Assembly: GCA_045603485.1 (NCBI GenBank)
Contig: JAZUMF010000117.1
Location: 24,575 to 88,574, forward strand
Direction: 5' to 3'
Source: Kiritimatiellia bacterium
GTDB taxonomy: Bacteria; Verrucomicrobiota; Kiritimatiellia; RFP12; JAAYLN01
DNA length: 64,000 nucleotides
The translations under genes and the position numbers were made by a program. The notes under the pieces are model-generated. The model searched no databases, had not been told where the DNA came from, and saw nothing but the letters and a program-made list of their open reading frames with translations. Of this stretch, positions 45,690-54,737 are shown piece after piece; the first letter of the stretch is position 1, and every line of letters begins with the position of its first letter.

Positions 45690-47057
45690 ATGAAAAATTT
45701 GTTAGTCACTAAAAGTGTTTTATTTTGTATTGCCATAATTGTTGGGGGAATTGCATTTCTTCTCTATTCATTAAGTAATAATAGCGGGGATGATATAACA
45801 AAAAGGCCTACTCTTAAAGCGGAACAGGGCGATGCGGTGGCTCAGTTTAATCTTGGCTTGAAGTATGCCAATGGCCACGGCGTAGCGCAAGACTACGTCA
45901 AGGCTGTTTATTGGTATACAAAGTCAGCCGAGCAGGGTCATACTGATGCGCAGTATAATCTTGGCTCGATGTATGAAAATGGCCGAGGCGTAGCACAAGA
46001 CTACACCAAGGCAGTCTATTGGTACACGAAGTCAGCTGAGCAAGGGAATGCACAGGCGCAGTGTGTTCTTGGCTTGATATATGGCATAGAGCAAGACTAC
46101 ACGAAGGCAGTCTATTGGTACACAAAGTCAGCCGAGCAGGGTGATGTTGGCGCACAGTATAATCTTGGAGCAATGTATGCCATCGGCCAAGGTGTAGCAC
46201 AAGACTACACCAAGGCAGTTTATTGGTTCACAAAGTCAGCCGAGCAGGGTAATGCTGATGCGCAGTATAATCTTGGAGCAATGTATGCCAACGGCGAAGG
46301 CGTATCGCAAGACTACACCAAGGCAGTTTATTGGTACACAAAGTCAGCGAAACAGGGTAATGCTTGGGCTCAGTTTAATCTTGGATTGATGTATGACAAT
46401 GGTCGAGGCGTAGCGCAAGATTACGCTAAGGCAGTCTATTGGTTTACGAAGGCAGCGGAGCAGGGTAATGCTTGGGCTCAGTGTAATCTTGGCTCGATGT
46501 ATGCCAACGACGAAGGCGTATCGCAAGACTACACGAAGGCTGTTTATTGGTTCACAAAGGCAGCCGAGAAGGGTGATGTCAGTGCGCAGTATAATCTTGG
46601 CGTGATGTATGAAAATGGCAAAGGCGTAGCACAAGACTACACGAAGTCAGTTTATTGGTACACGAAGTCAGCCGAGCAAGGGATTGCACAGGCGCAGTAT
46701 AATCTTGGCGTGATGTATGAAAATGGCAAAGGTGTAGCACAAGACTACACGAAGGCAGTCTATTGGTACACAAAGTCAGCCGAGCAAGGGAATGCACAGG
46801 CGCAGTATAATCTTGGCGTGATGTATGAAAATGGCAAAGGCGTAGCACAAGACTACACGAAGGCAGTCTATTGGTACACAAAGTCAGCCGAGCAAGGGAT
46901 TGCACAGGCGCAGTATAATCTTGGCGTGATGTATGAAAAAGGTCGAGGCGTAGCGCAAGATTACATTAAGGCAGTCTATTGGTACACGAAGTCCGCGGAG
47001 CAGGGTAATGCTGATGCACAAAAAAGACTTAACAGTCTAAAATCCTTGGCTAAATAA
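45690..47057 (+). CDS. Membrane-anchored Sel1-like repeat protein (11 repeats)
   Basis: N-terminal TM; AEQG...AQYNLG.MY..G.GVAQDY.KAVYWYTKS units of 36 aa (108 bp). Confidence 0.95.
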   Translation: MKNLLVTKSVLFCIAIIVGGIAFLLYSLSNNSGDDITKRPTLKAEQGDAVAQFNLGLKYANGHGVAQDYVKAVYWYTKSAEQGHTDAQYNLGSMYENGRGVAQDYTKAVYWYTKSAEQGNAQAQCVLGLIYGIEQDYTKAVYWYTKSAEQGDVGAQYNLGAMYAIGQGVAQDYTKAVYWFTKSAEQGNADAQYNLGAMYANGEGVSQDYTKAVYWYTKSAKQGNAWAQFNLGLMYDNGRGVAQDYAKAVYWFTKAAEQGNAWAQCNLGSMYANDEGVSQDYTKAVYWFTKAAEKGDVSAQYNLGVMYENGKGVAQDYTKSVYWYTKSAEQGIAQAQYNLGVMYENGKGVAQDYTKAVYWYTKSAEQGNAQAQYNLGVMYENGKGVAQDYTKAVYWYTKSAEQGIAQAQYNLGVMYEKGRGVAQDYIKAVYWYTKSAEQGNADAQKRLNSLKSLAK

Positions 47058-47505
47058 TCCCAGTATCGGGGACGATGAGTAGAGGGCAGGGGGCGTAGCG
47101 AGCTACCTTTGATGCAGTGCTGCCGAAGAGGAGGGAGCGCAGCAGGCGTGGCTTGGGCCGACCCAGGACGATTAGAGAAATTTCATGTTCTCGTGCAAAT
47201 TCGATAATTTGCTGTGCCGCGTTGCCGACTCTGTAAAAGGTTTCTGATGAGAGACTTTCGGGTAATTCTTTGAGGTAGTCTGCGGTCAGTTTTTCGTGGA
47301 GTGCGCCACGCGATTTAGCTTCGAGGTCTTTGCCGTCTTCGACGATATATCCTTTCCAGAATTGGGCGTCGGCTTCGGGCAGAACATGGAGTATGTAAAG
47401 TTTCGCTTTGTTGTTCTGGGCTGATGTTACGGCATATTTGAAGGCTCTGGCGGCACCTTTGGAGAAGTCTGTGCAAAAGAGTATGCGTTTGAATCCTGCT
47501 TCCAT
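47050..47505 (-). CDS. Universal stress protein (TeaD-like position)
   Basis: RILFCTDFS, LHV, LIVLG, LLFGSTA.KV..APCPLLIVP; SD AGGAG. Confidence 0.92.
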   Translation of the reverse strand: MEAGFKRILFCTDFSKGAARAFKYAVTSAQNNKAKLYILHVLPEADAQFWKGYIVEDGKDLEAKSRGALHEKLTADYLKELPESLSSETFYRVGNAAQQIIEFAREHEISLIVLGRPKPRLLRSLLFGSTASKVARYAPCPLLIVPDTGII

Positions 47506-47516
47506 TGTTTTGTCTC

Positions 47517-48818
47517 CTATTTTATTACCGACGGCAGCCATGTGGCGATTTCGGGAAAGAGCAGTAACAGTACAACCGTTGCCGCCAGAGCCAGCAGAAA
47601 CGGTGTAGTGCCTTTGAAGACTTCCTGAATTGAGACTGTTCTGTCTATGCCGCTGACTACATAGACATTGACTCCAACGGGGGGCGTTATGACGCCCATT
47701 TGTGTAATAACAACAACCAGAACGCCGAACCAAATTGGGCTATATCCGAGGCTGATTATTACCGGATAAAATATCGGTACTGTGAGCATTACCAATGCGA
47801 GTGAGTCGACGAAGCACCCGGCAACGAGGTAGAAGAAGCCTATTAAGAGGATGACGAGCCAGCTGGGAAGTGGAAGTGATGCAAGCCAGTGTGCAAGCAT
47901 TGTGGGGAGCCCGGTGACTGCAAGGAAGTGTCCAAAGACGGTTGCGCCTGCGACGATAATCATTACCATACATGAGGTGCGGATGGTTTCATCGAGTGCT
48001 CGGCGAAGCATTGCAAATGTGAGTTTTTTTGCCATTGCCGCTATAACAAGCGAACCGGCCGCACCGATTGCCGCGCCTTCGGTTGGTGTGAACCATCCAA
48101 GGAACATTCCTCCTAAAACAAGGAGAAAGAGGAGGAGTGTCTCAATTATGCCTTTGAGTGATTGAAGCCGCTCTTTGAATGTAAAATGCGGTCTCTCTGG
48201 CGCAAGAGCCGGGTTTAAGATACATTGAATTGCAATTACAACGCAGAAGAGGAGCGAAACGACTATTCCGGGGATTATGCCTGAAATAAAGAGGCTGCCA
48301 ATGGATTGCTCCGTGAGAATGCCGTATACGATAAAGACTACGCTTGGCGGAATGAGCATTCCAAGGCCGCCGCCTGCCGCTACCACACCTGCCGCAAGAG
48401 AGCCGTTGTAGCGGTATTTTCGCATTTCAGGGAGTGCGGCGGCAGCCATTGTTGCAGCGGTGGCGGGCCCGGAACCGCAAATCGCTCCAAATGCTGCACA
48501 CGCGCCGACTGTTGCCATGGCAAGGCCGCCGGGCAATGCTCCGAACCAGCGGTTTGCCGCATTGAAGAGTTTTGTGCTGATTCCCGAATGAAAGCAGACT
48601 TGCCCCATAAAGACGAAAAGTGGAATTACCGAAAGCCCGTAATTCATGAAGGAGTCGAGAAAGTCTACCGACAAGACTGCAAGTGCAGCATGAGGCGATA
48701 TGATTGCTGCAAAGCCTACTGCTCCGACAATTGCCATTACAAAGGCTACTGGGAGACTTGCTATCAGAAGCAGCAATAGGGCTATAAGCCCGATTATTCC
48801 GCAGATTGTGGGGGTCAT
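47517..48818 (-). CDS. dctM: TRAP transporter large permease
   Basis: IPLFVFMG, PGGLA, GGLGMLIPPS, FTPTE, ITPPVG. Confidence 0.93.
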   Translation of the reverse strand: MTPTICGIIGLIALLLLLIASLPVAFVMAIVGAVGFAAIISPHAALAVLSVDFLDSFMNYGLSVIPLFVFMGQVCFHSGISTKLFNAANRWFGALPGGLAMATVGACAAFGAICGSGPATAATMAAAALPEMRKYRYNGSLAAGVVAAGGGLGMLIPPSVVFIVYGILTEQSIGSLFISGIIPGIVVSLLFCVVIAIQCILNPALAPERPHFTFKERLQSLKGIIETLLLFLLVLGGMFLGWFTPTEGAAIGAAGSLVIAAMAKKLTFAMLRRALDETIRTSCMVMIIVAGATVFGHFLAVTGLPTMLAHWLASLPLPSWLVILLIGFFYLVAGCFVDSLALVMLTVPIFYPVIISLGYSPIWFGVLVVVITQMGVITPPVGVNVYVVSGIDRTVSIQEVFKGTTPFLLALAATVVLLLLFPEIATWLPSVIK

Positions 48819-49354
48819 GGTTTAAGGAGTTCCTTCCCTGGGCAGATGAGATGGTAGAAAGTAATTGCCGCTGTGATAAGACACATCAGCGCAATTAACC
48901 ATGCAAGCCAAAAAATCGGGATTTGAAGCGTTGGCGTGACTTCTCCTTCATTTAAAAGGTTTACGCCTTTTATGGCGAAGGCCCAGGATGCGATAGCGAA
49001 GCCTGTCAATTGAAGCGTTCTCATTAGAGAATCGACGATTATTCGGCCTTGTTTTCCAAGACGATGGAAGAAGTACTCGATTGCGACATGGCCTTTTACT
49101 GCCGTTGTAAGGGGGAGAGAGGAGGCGATTGTAACTCCTCCTGCAAGGCGCACGAGGTCATAGGCACCGGGAATGGATGAGCCGAGCCTTCGTAATATTA
49201 CATCGAGGCAGGTTATGGCAATCATTGTCAAAATCCCCAATCCGGCTATATTTGCGGAGTATTTTATAAGCGCGGAAAGGAGCTTCAGGAGCGGTTGCCT
49301 GTCGTTATTTGGTTGCGTCACTTGATACCTCGTTTTCTTTTGCTCTGACGGCAT
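48815..49354 (-). CDS. dctQ: TRAP transporter small permease
   Basis: 4 TM segments, DVILR, GHVAIE; between dctP and dctM. Confidence 0.88.
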   Translation of the reverse strand: MPSEQKKTRYQVTQPNNDRQPLLKLLSALIKYSANIAGLGILTMIAITCLDVILRRLGSSIPGAYDLVRLAGGVTIASSLPLTTAVKGHVAIEYFFHRLGKQGRIIVDSLMRTLQLTGFAIASWAFAIKGVNLLNEGEVTPTLQIPIFWLAWLIALMCLITAAITFYHLICPGKELLKP

Positions 49355-50372
49355 TATTGCGCTTTACCGAATTAAGCATATCACTGAGGAAGGCTTTGCC
49401 GGGGAGACCGCGGGCTTCGGCATTGTCGGCATAGAGGTCTAAAATCGGGCGTACTTTTTCCTGCCATTTTTGGGTCTCCTCTTCTGTAAGCACTATGGTT
49501 TCTTTGCCCATTTCTTCCAGCATTTTGCATGCTTCGCTATCGGCGTCGTTCCATGCTTTGCCATGTTTGTCGATCCATTCTTCGCTGACTTCTTCAAAGA
49601 TTGTCTTGATTTCGGGGGGAAGTGAATTCCATCTTTCAAGATTCATTGTCACGAACATTGCGGTCGTATAACCTATGGCGGGCGTTTTCGTTACATAGTT
49701 TATGACTTCACCCTGCTTCCAACCTTTGAGTGTTTCTATTGGGCAAAGAGTCGCTTCAACAACCCCTTTTTGAAGAGCTTCGTAGGTGTCATTTTGAGGC
49801 ATACCGATTGAGTTGCCACCTAGTAGGTCAACGATTTTGGCAGAGAAGCCTGTGCCACGGCAGGAGAGCCCTTCGGCGTCTTTGAGGCTTCTTACGGGTT
49901 TGCGCGAAGCCAGCACACCGGGACCATGGGCATGGAGGAAAAGAATATGTGTGCTTTTCAGCTCTTTGGGCTGATATTTGGCGAGCATTTCGTTTGCGAC
50001 ACGGGTAGCGGAGATGCCATCGTAGTATCCAAGGGGTAAATCGAGACCTTCAAGGAGCGGGAAACGCCCTCGCGTATATGCAAAACTGCTCATGCCTATG
50101 TCTGATATGCCATCGACAACGCCTGAGTAGCACTGGTCTGCTTTTGTCAGGATGCCGCCGGAGAAGAGTCTGATTTGAACACGCCCGGAAGAACGCTTTG
50201 CAATTTCATCTGCCCAATCTTGAGCCAGTTTTGTGTGGATATGCGTCGGCGGAAAGAAGATGCTGTAATTCAGCCGTATGATTTTTTCTTCAGAATCTTT
50301 TGCGCATCCGCAGCAAAAGATTACCGCCAGAGCAATAACGGCGGCAAAACTTTTTTTTAAAAGGCTATTCAT
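49305..50372 (-). CDS. dctP: TRAP transporter substrate-binding protein
   Basis: Lipoprotein-like signal, SSGRV.I, GRFP..E.LDLP, YEALQKGVV, MN..WNSLP. Confidence 0.92.
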   Translation of the reverse strand: MNSLLKKSFAAVIALAVIFCCGCAKDSEEKIIRLNYSIFFPPTHIHTKLAQDWADEIAKRSSGRVQIRLFSGGILTKADQCYSGVVDGISDIGMSSFAYTRGRFPLLEGLDLPLGYYDGISATRVANEMLAKYQPKELKSTHILFLHAHGPGVLASRKPVRSLKDAEGLSCRGTGFSAKIVDLLGGNSIGMPQNDTYEALQKGVVEATLCPIETLKGWKQGEVINYVTKTPAIGYTTAMFVTMNLERWNSLPPEIKTIFEEVSEEWIDKHGKAWNDADSEACKMLEEMGKETIVLTEEETQKWQEKVRPILDLYADNAEARGLPGKAFLSDMLNSVKRNNAVRAKENEVSSDATK

Positions 50373-50381
50373 TTCAGCGCT

Positions 50382-52754
50382 CTATTCGAAACCGATCGAG
50401 AATACGAATCTTTCGGTGCGGGTGTAGTCGTCATCCCGCTCAAGCGGCATGGCGTAGTCTAGGCGAATCGGGAAGCCCGGTATGTCAAAGCGAATGCCGA
50501 AGCCCCATGTTGACGCAAGCTCGCCAAAGTCAAAATCAAAGGCGTCGCTCCATACATTGCCGACATCGTAAAATGCCGCTATGCGGAATATTTTGGCAAG
50601 CGGTATATTGTATTCGGCAGAGAACATTCCGAGCGTCTGACCGCCAACGGGGTGGGCGCGTCCGCCGTTTTCTTCATTGGGGAGGGCCTTTGGCGCAACT
50701 TCACGATGGCGATAGCCGCGGATTGTGCGCGAGCCGCCGAGGAAGTAGCGGTCGTTGATCGGTACTTCGTCGGTGTCGCCGTAGGTGTCGACAGATTCGG
50801 CGCGGAGGCGCAACGAGAGGTAGTGGTTGAAGAATGCCGGAATATACTGCCTTAAATCGGCACCGAGTTTGTAGAGGTCGTAGTCTGAACCGAGACCTGA
50901 GTTCTGAATCTCAAAAAAGACATTGTTTCTTGAGCCTTTTGACGGCACGAACGGGTGGTTGCGCGTGTCGTATGACCATGAGACGCGGAATGGAACGCGG
51001 AAATACTCATCTTCGATGTCCTTAAAGCTGAATTCGCCGTCAGGGTCATCTTCAAGGTGGTAGATGCCGTCGAGGAAGTCGTCGTTGGAGACGAGTTCGG
51101 CACCAAGTTTTGCCGAGAGGCGACCATATTTGAGCGGCACAGCCAAGGTTATTTCGCCGCCTATGCGTGTCTCGTCATATTCGCTGTATCCGTATTCGCG
51201 GCGGAAAAGTGTGACATTGAAGGATTGCTGACGGTCCAGGAACCAGGGGTCGGTCCAGGAGATTTCGCCTGAATTAGAATCTGAACCGATGGATGTCGTG
51301 AGGCGAATCTTTTGCCCGCCACCGCGGAAGGTTGGCCAGTTGAAGAGGTCGAAGTTGTTTTGCGAGATGTCGATATATGCCAGAAAATCATCAACATTTG
51401 ATGTGCCTATACCTGCCATCAGAGTGCCGGTCGATTTTTCAGTGACATCAAAGACGACATCACGAAGCGTGGGGTCGTGAGGAGAGGGGACTTCTGTGAA
51501 TCTGACATTCTCGAAGTATCCAAGGTTTTCAATCCTTTTGCGGGAGCGTTCAGCGAGAACCTCGTTCATAAGCATTCCCGGAGCAATTGCGAGTTCGCGC
51601 CGTATGACTTTGTCTTTAGTGTAGGTGTTTCCGCGTATTGAGAGTGAACGGATATGGGCAAGAAAGCCTTCTTTGACATTGATTTGCAGCGTTGAGGGAA
51701 TGCCGCTTTCGTCGGCCGCAACCTCCTGCAACGGGATCGTTTTTACGGAAACTCTGGTTTCGACATAGCCACGGGAGCCATAGTAATCGCGGACGGCTTT
51801 TTCCGCTGCCTTGATTGCGGAACCTGAGGCCGGGGTGCCGACCTGCAGAGCGGAGGAGACGAGTGAACGAATCTCACGCTCAGGGAAGAGCGAGACGCCA
51901 TTGATGGAGGCTGCGGAAATTTTGTATCTTTGACCTTCTTCAATGGAGATGTGAAGAATCGGAGCCTTGTCTGGTGACGATTGTTGAAGCTCCGGCTTGC
52001 CGACAACTACATCAAGATAACCTTCTTCGCGATATGCTTCGGCAATTCTGTCGCGGACGAGCGAGCGGTCAAAGGCGTCGATGCGCCATTGGGAGTAGAA
52101 TATTTTAAGCGGGTTCCACGGCGAAGGTCTGCCCAATACAGAACGCAAGGCTGAGGATGAAATTGCCTTATTACCTTCAAATTCGAAATTTGCCAGTTTT
52201 TCTTTTGTGCCTTCATCTATGGTGACTGTCACAACCGCGAAACCTTTTTCATTGGTATTTGAGATGGAGGCTTTAATCTTCACATTGTTGTAATAGGATT
52301 TGCGATAGGCTTCCCGAAGTTTGTCGCAGGCAGTATCAAGTCTTGCCCTGTCGATACGGTCGCCCGGCTCGAGATCGAGGTTTTTGCGTACCTTGCGAGC
52401 CGAGAAGGCTTTGTTGCCTTTAACGACGATTGGGTTGTCAATTCGAGGGGCGACCTTGACATCGTATATCACGCGGACGCCGTCATCTGCCTTTTCCAAT
52501 AAAATCTTTACATCGGCAAATGTGCCTGAGTCCAGAAGCAAACGCTGGTCTTCGGCGAGATCTTTTTGCGAGACGAAATCGTCTTTTTTTGTTGAAACAT
52601 GCGATGTTACAAAATCATGGGCTTCAATGCCGAGTGCACCGTCAGAGGTCCTGACTACGACATCTGTTACGCGTTGACGAAAGGGCGATGCTTCCTGTCC
52701 AGCTGCAGTAAACACCGTAAATGCCAAAAGTAATAAAAAAAGATTCTTTTTCAT
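50382..52754 (-). CDS. bamA: Outer membrane protein assembly factor BamA
   Basis: POTRA-type GN...S motifs, TKDKVIRRE, LGG.RTIRGY, FYDVGNV, PIRLDYA, FSIG C-terminus. Confidence 0.93.
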   Translation of the reverse strand: MKKNLFLLLLAFTVFTAAGQEASPFRQRVTDVVVRTSDGALGIEAHDFVTSHVSTKKDDFVSQKDLAEDQRLLLDSGTFADVKILLEKADDGVRVIYDVKVAPRIDNPIVVKGNKAFSARKVRKNLDLEPGDRIDRARLDTACDKLREAYRKSYYNNVKIKASISNTNEKGFAVVTVTIDEGTKEKLANFEFEGNKAISSSALRSVLGRPSPWNPLKIFYSQWRIDAFDRSLVRDRIAEAYREEGYLDVVVGKPELQQSSPDKAPILHISIEEGQRYKISAASINGVSLFPEREIRSLVSSALQVGTPASGSAIKAAEKAVRDYYGSRGYVETRVSVKTIPLQEVAADESGIPSTLQINVKEGFLAHIRSLSIRGNTYTKDKVIRRELAIAPGMLMNEVLAERSRKRIENLGYFENVRFTEVPSPHDPTLRDVVFDVTEKSTGTLMAGIGTSNVDDFLAYIDISQNNFDLFNWPTFRGGGQKIRLTTSIGSDSNSGEISWTDPWFLDRQQSFNVTLFRREYGYSEYDETRIGGEITLAVPLKYGRLSAKLGAELVSNDDFLDGIYHLEDDPDGEFSFKDIEDEYFRVPFRVSWSYDTRNHPFVPSKGSRNNVFFEIQNSGLGSDYDLYKLGADLRQYIPAFFNHYLSLRLRAESVDTYGDTDEVPINDRYFLGGSRTIRGYRHREVAPKALPNEENGGRAHPVGGQTLGMFSAEYNIPLAKIFRIAAFYDVGNVWSDAFDFDFGELASTWGFGIRFDIPGFPIRLDYAMPLERDDDYTRTERFVFSIGFE

Positions 52755-52865
52755 GTTATTTTCCTAAAGTACTATTTTACAATAAAATAGCTGTCCAGTC
52801 CAATTTTTATGGAAACCTTCAATTACATCTTGCAAAGATAAAAACTAAATGATAGAATTTTCAAT

Positions 52866-53627
52866 ATGAGAGGTTTTCGCAATTCCCAAATGCCTGGTGG
52901 CAATACCGATGCAGAAAGAAAGTTCAATGAGGCAAGGCTTGGCCATCAAGCTGGTGATCCTCGTGGAACTCGCGCGTTGGCTTATTGTTATCTTGCGGGA
53001 TATGGCACTGCCCGGTCTCTTGATAAGGCTGTTACTCTTTTGACTTCTATAAAGGATTTTGAGGGTGCAAGGGCGCCTTATCATTTGAATCGCCCTGACA
53101 AAGTTGAGGGCGGACCCAGTTTTGTTGATGCCTTGAAAATCGATTTCAAGCCTTTACAGTCTATTCCTTTGCCTATTACCGGGGGATGGGGTTACGAAAA
53201 AGAGTCAGCTATCGTTATTGACCCGTCCATTGTAGATCCCGGTTACCATAACGGTGATCCTTTTGATTTTGAGGGATTGAAAAAGCTTCTTGTGACTCAT
53301 CGTATATATGAGGAATGCTGCGTTCGCCAATTTGACCCTCTGGACGGTCTTTCATGGGAACTTGACGACAGTGAGGAGATAAGAGAGGACAATGTCGTTT
53401 ACGAGCATTTGACTTTTACGGTTTGCGGTTACCCGGCATGGGTATGGAGTGCTTTAAGGGATGATTGGATTTCAGCCGGTCGCCATTTGAATGCCTCCCG
53501 CGGCCGTTCGCATGATTTTATTCGTCAGTGGTTTGCCAAATCGTTTAAGGTAGATTACTGGTTTGACATTTCGTCTTCATTCGAAGACACTTCACAACAA
53601 AAAAAGGATGACTATGAAAGTCCGTAA
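52866..53627 (+). CDS. Hypothetical protein with one N-terminal Sel1-like repeat
   Basis: LAYCYLAGYGT.RS..KA followed by an unrecognised domain (LPITGGWGY...YWFDIS). Confidence 0.7.
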   Translation: MRGFRNSQMPGGNTDAERKFNEARLGHQAGDPRGTRALAYCYLAGYGTARSLDKAVTLLTSIKDFEGARAPYHLNRPDKVEGGPSFVDALKIDFKPLQSIPLPITGGWGYEKESAIVIDPSIVDPGYHNGDPFDFEGLKKLLVTHRIYEECCVRQFDPLDGLSWELDDSEEIREDNVVYEHLTFTVCGYPAWVWSALRDDWISAGRHLNASRGRSHDFIRQWFAKSFKVDYWFDISSSFEDTSQQKKDDYESP

Positions 53628-54687
53628 AGACGCAAAATATGGTATCGCATGCCTTTCAAGTATGGGTTTGCGAATTACCCCCGAAAACCGCATGGCGGTT
53701 CAAAACTCAGATCGCTTTCTTCTTCAGGCAACAAGTGCTGAGACGAATGTCCTTAATGTGACATCTTCTCTCGGCCCCGAATGTCTTGTGCTTACCCGAT
53801 TTGTCGAGGGTAGCCCTATGGCATCCTTTATCAAGTCAAGCCTTCGTTCACGCAATATCGCCTATGTGGGGCCCGATATTCCACAGGGCGGGCCATGGGG
53901 ATACCGCCACCAATTCAATATTGCCGATTCGGGCTTTGGTCTTCGCGCTCCCCGCGTGTGGAATGATCGCGCCGGTGAAATCGGGCGCACCTTGAATGCG
54001 AAGGACTATGATACCGATGAGATTTTCGGCAAGCAGGGTGTTGCGATTTTCCACCTTTCGGGTCTTATTGCGGCAATGAGCCCTGAGACGACAAAGGCTT
54101 GCCTGGCTCTTGCAAAGGCGGCTCATAAGCATGGAACCTTGGTTTCATTTGACTTGAACTACCGTGCAACATTCTGGAAGGGCCGCGAAGAGGAACTTGC
54201 AAAGGCCTTTCATCAGATTGCTTCTGTCGCCGATATTCTCGTCGGTAATGAGGAGGATTTCCAGCTTTGCCTTGGCTTTAAGGGCCCCGAGGCTGGCGGC
54301 AAGGATCTTAAGTCAAAGATTGACAGTTTTAAGGATATGATTGAGAAGGTCGCCAAGAAGTACAAGAATGCAAAGTTCTTTGCAACCACTCTTCGTCAGG
54401 TCATCTCTGCCGACCATCACCTTTGGGGAGCGATTGTCAGAGCCGACGGCAAGTGGTTTGTAGAGGAGCCTCGCGATATCGATGTCCTGGACCGTATCGG
54501 CGGCGGCGATGGATTTACGGGCGGTCTGCTCTATGGCGTTCTCAATGGATGGGATGGCGAGAAGTGTCTTCGCTTCGGTTGGGCCTCCGGTGTCTTGGCT
54601 GCATCGTCGCTCTATGACTATGCTCAGCCTGCTGATGAAAAGCAGGTCTGGGATGTCTATGCGGGCAATGCACGCGTTCAGCGGTAA
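53614..54687 (+). CDS. PfkB-family sugar kinase (2-keto-3-deoxygluconate kinase-like)
   Basis: SAETNV, SFDLNYR..W, GNEEDFQ, DRIGGGDGF. Confidence 0.9.
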   Translation: MKVRKDAKYGIACLSSMGLRITPENRMAVQNSDRFLLQATSAETNVLNVTSSLGPECLVLTRFVEGSPMASFIKSSLRSRNIAYVGPDIPQGGPWGYRHQFNIADSGFGLRAPRVWNDRAGEIGRTLNAKDYDTDEIFGKQGVAIFHLSGLIAAMSPETTKACLALAKAAHKHGTLVSFDLNYRATFWKGREEELAKAFHQIASVADILVGNEEDFQLCLGFKGPEAGGKDLKSKIDSFKDMIEKVAKKYKNAKFFATTLRQVISADHHLWGAIVRADGKWFVEEPRDIDVLDRIGGGDGFTGGLLYGVLNGWDGEKCLRFGWASGVLAASSLYDYAQPADEKQVWDVYAGNARVQR

Positions 54688-54690
54688 AAT

Positions 54691-54721
54691 AAAAAGCCCC
54701 GCCAACACGGGGCTTTTTTTT
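54691..54721 (+). terminator. Intrinsic terminator
   Basis: AAAAAGCCCCG-CCAACA-CGGGGCTTTTTTTT. Confidence 0.85.
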
Positions 54722-54737
54722 GATATAATACTTCTTT

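Noticed and set aside
45898-46905. Repetitive minus-strand ORFs within the Sel1 gene
   Set aside because: Shadows of the 108-bp repeats.
47506-47733. 76-aa N-terminal extension of the USP ORF
   Set aside because: It overlaps dctM; the USP domain and an AGGAG SD point to ATG 47505.
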